Below are positions 60,212 to 64,000 of a DNA stretch of 64,000 nucleotides, in pieces. The stretch lies in contig NW_021832528.1 in the NCBI RefSeq assembly GCF_006345805.1, forward strand, positions 62,001 through 126,000, in the 5' to 3' direction. Every line of letters starts with the position of its first letter. The stretch's first letter is position 1. Origin of the DNA: Octopus sinensis. Taxonomy: Eukaryota. Position numbers and translations under genes: made by a program. The notes under the pieces were generated by a model. It worked only from the letters and a program-made list of their open reading frames with translations, was not told the DNA's origin and made no database searches.

Positions 60212-61820
60212 ATGTCCCCAGTTAGTTTAAGTTGGCTGAAAACATTTGTAATCAACACGTCAGGAAAGTTGTACTTTTATTGGCTGTCACTCATGTTTTT
60301 GGTGGTGTTGTACAACACACTCATTCTGACAGCCAGATGGTCATTCTGGCGACTGCAGGAGGACTTTTCAGTGGCTTGGACTGTGTTGGATGTGTTTTCA
60401 GATGTGGTTTATGTGATTGACATATTCCTCAAGTCCAGGGAAGGTGAGAGTTGTCCGCAATGTAGGCTTCCTTGAACAGGGAATTGTGGTGACTGACATT
60501 AAAAAGTTGGGACAAAAATATAGGGCGACTTTGCAGTTTAAATTGGACATTATTTCAGTCATCCCTCTGGACTATCTTTACTTCACAAACCGAGGACTAT
60601 TCGATAATTATTTCCCCGAAATGCGAGCAAATAGAATTCTAAAAATATATGTAATCGTCAAATATTTCAACTTGGTGGAAAACAAAACCAAATTTCCTAA
60701 CATTTTCCGAGTGATTGAACTAGTGGCTTACATCCTGATTATAATCCACTGGAATGCCTGTGTGTATTTCTCAGTCAGCAATTCGATTGGATTCTGTTCT
60801 GACCGATGGGTGTACGACATGTGTGGGTCAGGGAAGGACCAGTTGATATATATGTATATATACAGCTTCTATTGGTCTACTCTCACTTTGACTACAATTG
60901 GAGAAGTCCCTCGACCTGTCACTAATTTTGAACATTTTTTTGTAGTCCTCGACTTTTTAATCGGGGTCCTCATCTTCGCAACCATCGTGGGGAATATTGG
61001 GAGTATGGTCACCAACATCAACTCCTCGAGGATCGAGTTCCAACAGAGCATGGACGGGGTTAAACAGTACATGGAATTACGCCATGTTGACAAATCACTG
61101 CAAATTAAGATCCTCAAATGGTTCAACTATCTTTCCGCAAATAAACAGTCTCTTAATGATGACAAGGCTCTCGATATTCTCCCAAGCAGACTCAGGGCTG
61201 AGATTGCTCTTAATCTTCATTTTGAGACACTCAAACAAGTCAAATTATTCAAAAATGTCGAGGCTGGTCTTCTCATGGAAGTTGTTCTTAAACTCCGACT
61301 TCAAGTCTTCAATCCCGATGACTATATCTGCAGAAAGGGGGACATTGGGAGGGAAATGTATATTGTCAAAAAAGGGATCCTCAACGTCGTCTCCGAGGAC
61401 GGGAACACAATTTTTGCCACCCTCAAGGAAGGTGCTATTTTTGGGGAACTGAGCATTATGAATATTCCTGGGAATAAGACTGGGAATAAGCGGAGTGCTA
61501 GTATCCGCAGTTTTGGGTACAGTGATCTGTTTGTGCTACAGAAGGATGACTTGTGGGATGTCCTTAAGGAATATCCCGAGGCTGAAAAAACTTTCATAGC
61601 CACGGGGGAAGAGATTCTTAGAAAGGATGGTCTTTTGGACGAGGAATTGGCCGAACAGGCCAAAATTGATAGAGAAAATGAAAAATTGCAAATTTTGGCT
61701 TTGTCGAGTAAAGTTGATAAATTGGAGAGGACTCTTGTCTCCTTTATTGGGACATTTGAATCGCGACAAATTCAACTAAAAAATAGATTGGATTCGCTTG
61801 AGGGTCGAATAAATATATAA
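60212..61820 (+). CDS. CNGA: cyclic nucleotide-gated cation channel alpha subunit (CNGA/TAX-4-like)
   Basis: 22-nt intron 60444-60465. GFLEQG, IHWNAC, pore YWSTLTLTTIGE, VLIFATIVGNIGSM, C-linker, CNBD ICRKGDIGREMYI..FGELSI..RSASIRS. Confidence 0.96.
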
Positions 61821-61991
61821 TTCTATTTTAATGTCATTTTTTAAATACATTTTTGAATAACAATTTTTCTTTTCCTGAATTAATAAGTTTTTTCAAACTA
61901 AATAATTTGTTATTTCTATCAATGTTAATAATTTATAAAATATATTCTAAACATATTTTTTAAATATTTTTAAATATATCACGTTGCATTA

Positions 61992-63128
61992 ATGATAAGA
62001 AAGCAGATTCTATTTGGCTTGTTTCTTGGCCAGTTTGTGTCCTTAGCCATATTCGGGACCTCAATAACAAGCGAATATTTGCAAGAAAAAAATTTTAATG
62101 TTCCTTTAAGTAACATATTCATTAAAAATTGTCTTTCTAGCTCAAAATATTTTCTTTTATCTGATCATATCAATTTTTACATGTTCATACAGTCTCTACA
62201 AAAAGTTAAATTCAAAAATTTGGATTGTTCTTAAGTAAGTATGTTCTCAAACACTAAGAGAAAATTGGATAGCCTTTTTACTAGTTTCAGTAACAGACGT
62301 CGAAGGCAATTATTTGGTAGTGAAAGCCTACAGTAATGCAAATATAACAAACATCCAAGTTAACTTATTTCTATATTCTAGTTAATGGATTCGCTTATTA
62401 TTGTCACTGTGTTTATAATCTGTTCTACACTACTCAAAGTTAAATATAAAATTGTGCATGGAATATGTATAATTGCTGTCCTTTTCGGTTCAAGTTGTCT
62501 TGTTGTTGGGGATATTTTATTATATGGATATTCAGGTTTTTTGATAAAAAATATTTTTTAGGTTTTAAATCTATTTCTGGACTTGTTTTTGCTTTTTTTG
62601 GTTTTGTTAGTTATGGTATTTCTAATGTCATCCAAGAATATATTGTCAAGACTACCAATACGCTACAATTCATGACAATTTTTAGCACATTTGGGTTACT
62701 TATAACAGCCGCACAAATGTAGTATATATATGTAATGCCAGGGCTATTTTAGAGTATGAAACACTTAAAAAAGTGCCCTTCAATGGATATATTGGAGGGG
62801 CGATTGTCGGATATACCAGTTGTATGATCTTTATATATTCTCTTGTACCTTACGTAATGAAATACAGCGGAGCTTTGATGTTAAATATAGGTGTATTGTC
62901 GTCGGATATATTTACGCATATCTATGGGTATATACGACTTCATTATAAAGTATGTATAGGATTAATTTTTAGTTTCATTATTTACATGTTTTTGCGTTTT
63001 TTGTTGTGACGTTTGGAGGTGCGACTTATGCTTTTTATGAACCCGCATCCGAACCTGATTATACACTTTTTAAAAAAATAACAACAGTGAAACAAAAAGA
63101 GAACATAAATGAAATTGATCTTATTTAA
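61992..63128 (+). CDS. SLC35F2: solute carrier family 35 member F1/F2-like
   Basis: LGQFVSLAIFGT, DVEGNYLVVKAY, SYGISNVIQEYIVK, SGALMLNIGVLSSDI. Multiple introns. Confidence 0.85.
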
Positions 63129-63699
63129 AAAATATATTTTTATGCTAAGCAAAAGTACATATCTTAGGAATTTTTAAGTTACAAGTCCATTTTCTAACTT
63201 GGACCCACACACAAGAAAAAGAAAAACAAGTAAAGTTAATTTCCCGGCCCTACCTACGATTAGTTAAAAAATTAACTCTTTGCTAAAAATAAAGTGTGTA
63301 TCCTGCCAGTGGGGAGTTATAGAATACTCTGGCTCTGCGGAAAAGGCTATATTATTATAGTTCCATCCCATGTTAATATAATACGTACTATTTTCACTCA
63401 TTCAGGATAAATTAATTCCAACTCTTTCAAAAAGATTCAAAGAATAATATCCCGAGCGGATCCCTCCGTAGTTCCAACTATTAACAATTCCAACTAACAT
63501 TTCGAGGATAATATTTGGATACATTAGCAAATGGCTTCCAAAAAACAAATTCGTTGTGGTCCGAGATAGAATGAACAAGAATTAACGAAATTTAAAAGAA
63601 TTAACAAAAGGACGCCACCGGGAGTGGAGCTTGCCGATCAATATAATATCTTTCTACATTTTCTACACTAAACAATTTTAAAATTTATATTTTTAAAAA

Positions 63700-64000
63700 G
63701 AATGATTCAATAATCGAAGAAATTAAACAAAATTTTGAAAAATTCTGAAGAAATACTTACTTTTCAAGCTGACCAAAGAAAGAAGAAAATTTACTTGTCC
63801 AAGTCTCATCCATTCGACAGAGATTATTTCTCAGAATGGCTTATAGAATTGAACAAAAAATGATTTTGCAAAAAAAATCTAATTTTATTTGATAATGCTA
63901 CTGTACCCTTACATGATTTTGAGATGAGTAGCATCGAACTCTTTTTTCCTCGAAATACAACATTGAGTTATACTTATGATAGCAACGTAGATCACAAAAA
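63700..64000 (+). mobile_element. Tigger/pogo DDE_1 relic running off the right edge
   Basis: EWLIELNKKM..FIDNAT..IELFFPRNTT. Confidence 0.6.

Overview
Eukaryotic (animal) genomic DNA, AT-rich. Compact gene islands alternate with decayed transposon tracts. The spliceosomal introns I could place in conserved genes are tiny (GT-AG, mostly 21-28 nt), so the ORF track fragments or misframes most genes. Recognisable genes after manual splicing: PSTK, ACBD3, a C2H2 zinc-finger protein, REEP5, an Islet-type LIM-homeobox gene, a POU gene, a VPS10/PKD (SorCS-like) receptor, cyclin Y-like, TPX2-like, PSMB3, ADF/cofilin, MRPL17, an EH-domain protein, EXOSC7, WAVE/SCAR, MED17, a CNG channel alpha subunit and SLC35F. 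Animal-type transcription factors with such tiny introns and pruned proteins suggest a miniaturised parasitic metazoan (dicyemid-like, possibly myxozoan); this is inference. Mobile elements include a LINE, many CRE/R2-like RLE retrotransposon fragments, Tc1, Tigger/pogo, hAT, Merlin-like and an integrase relic. Best leads: (1) G/T-rich and C/A-rich blocks alternate within single genes and even flip between neighbouring introns; (2) a five-copy dispersed family of secreted LRR genes with one repeat per symmetric micro-exon; (3) several intron-retaining, internally deleted fragments of housekeeping genes (FLII, CPVL, ATP6V1A, MRPL17, ACBD3); (4) a POU homeodomain with Lys50. All protein identifications come from recalled family motifs, not database searches, and most boundaries are approximate.
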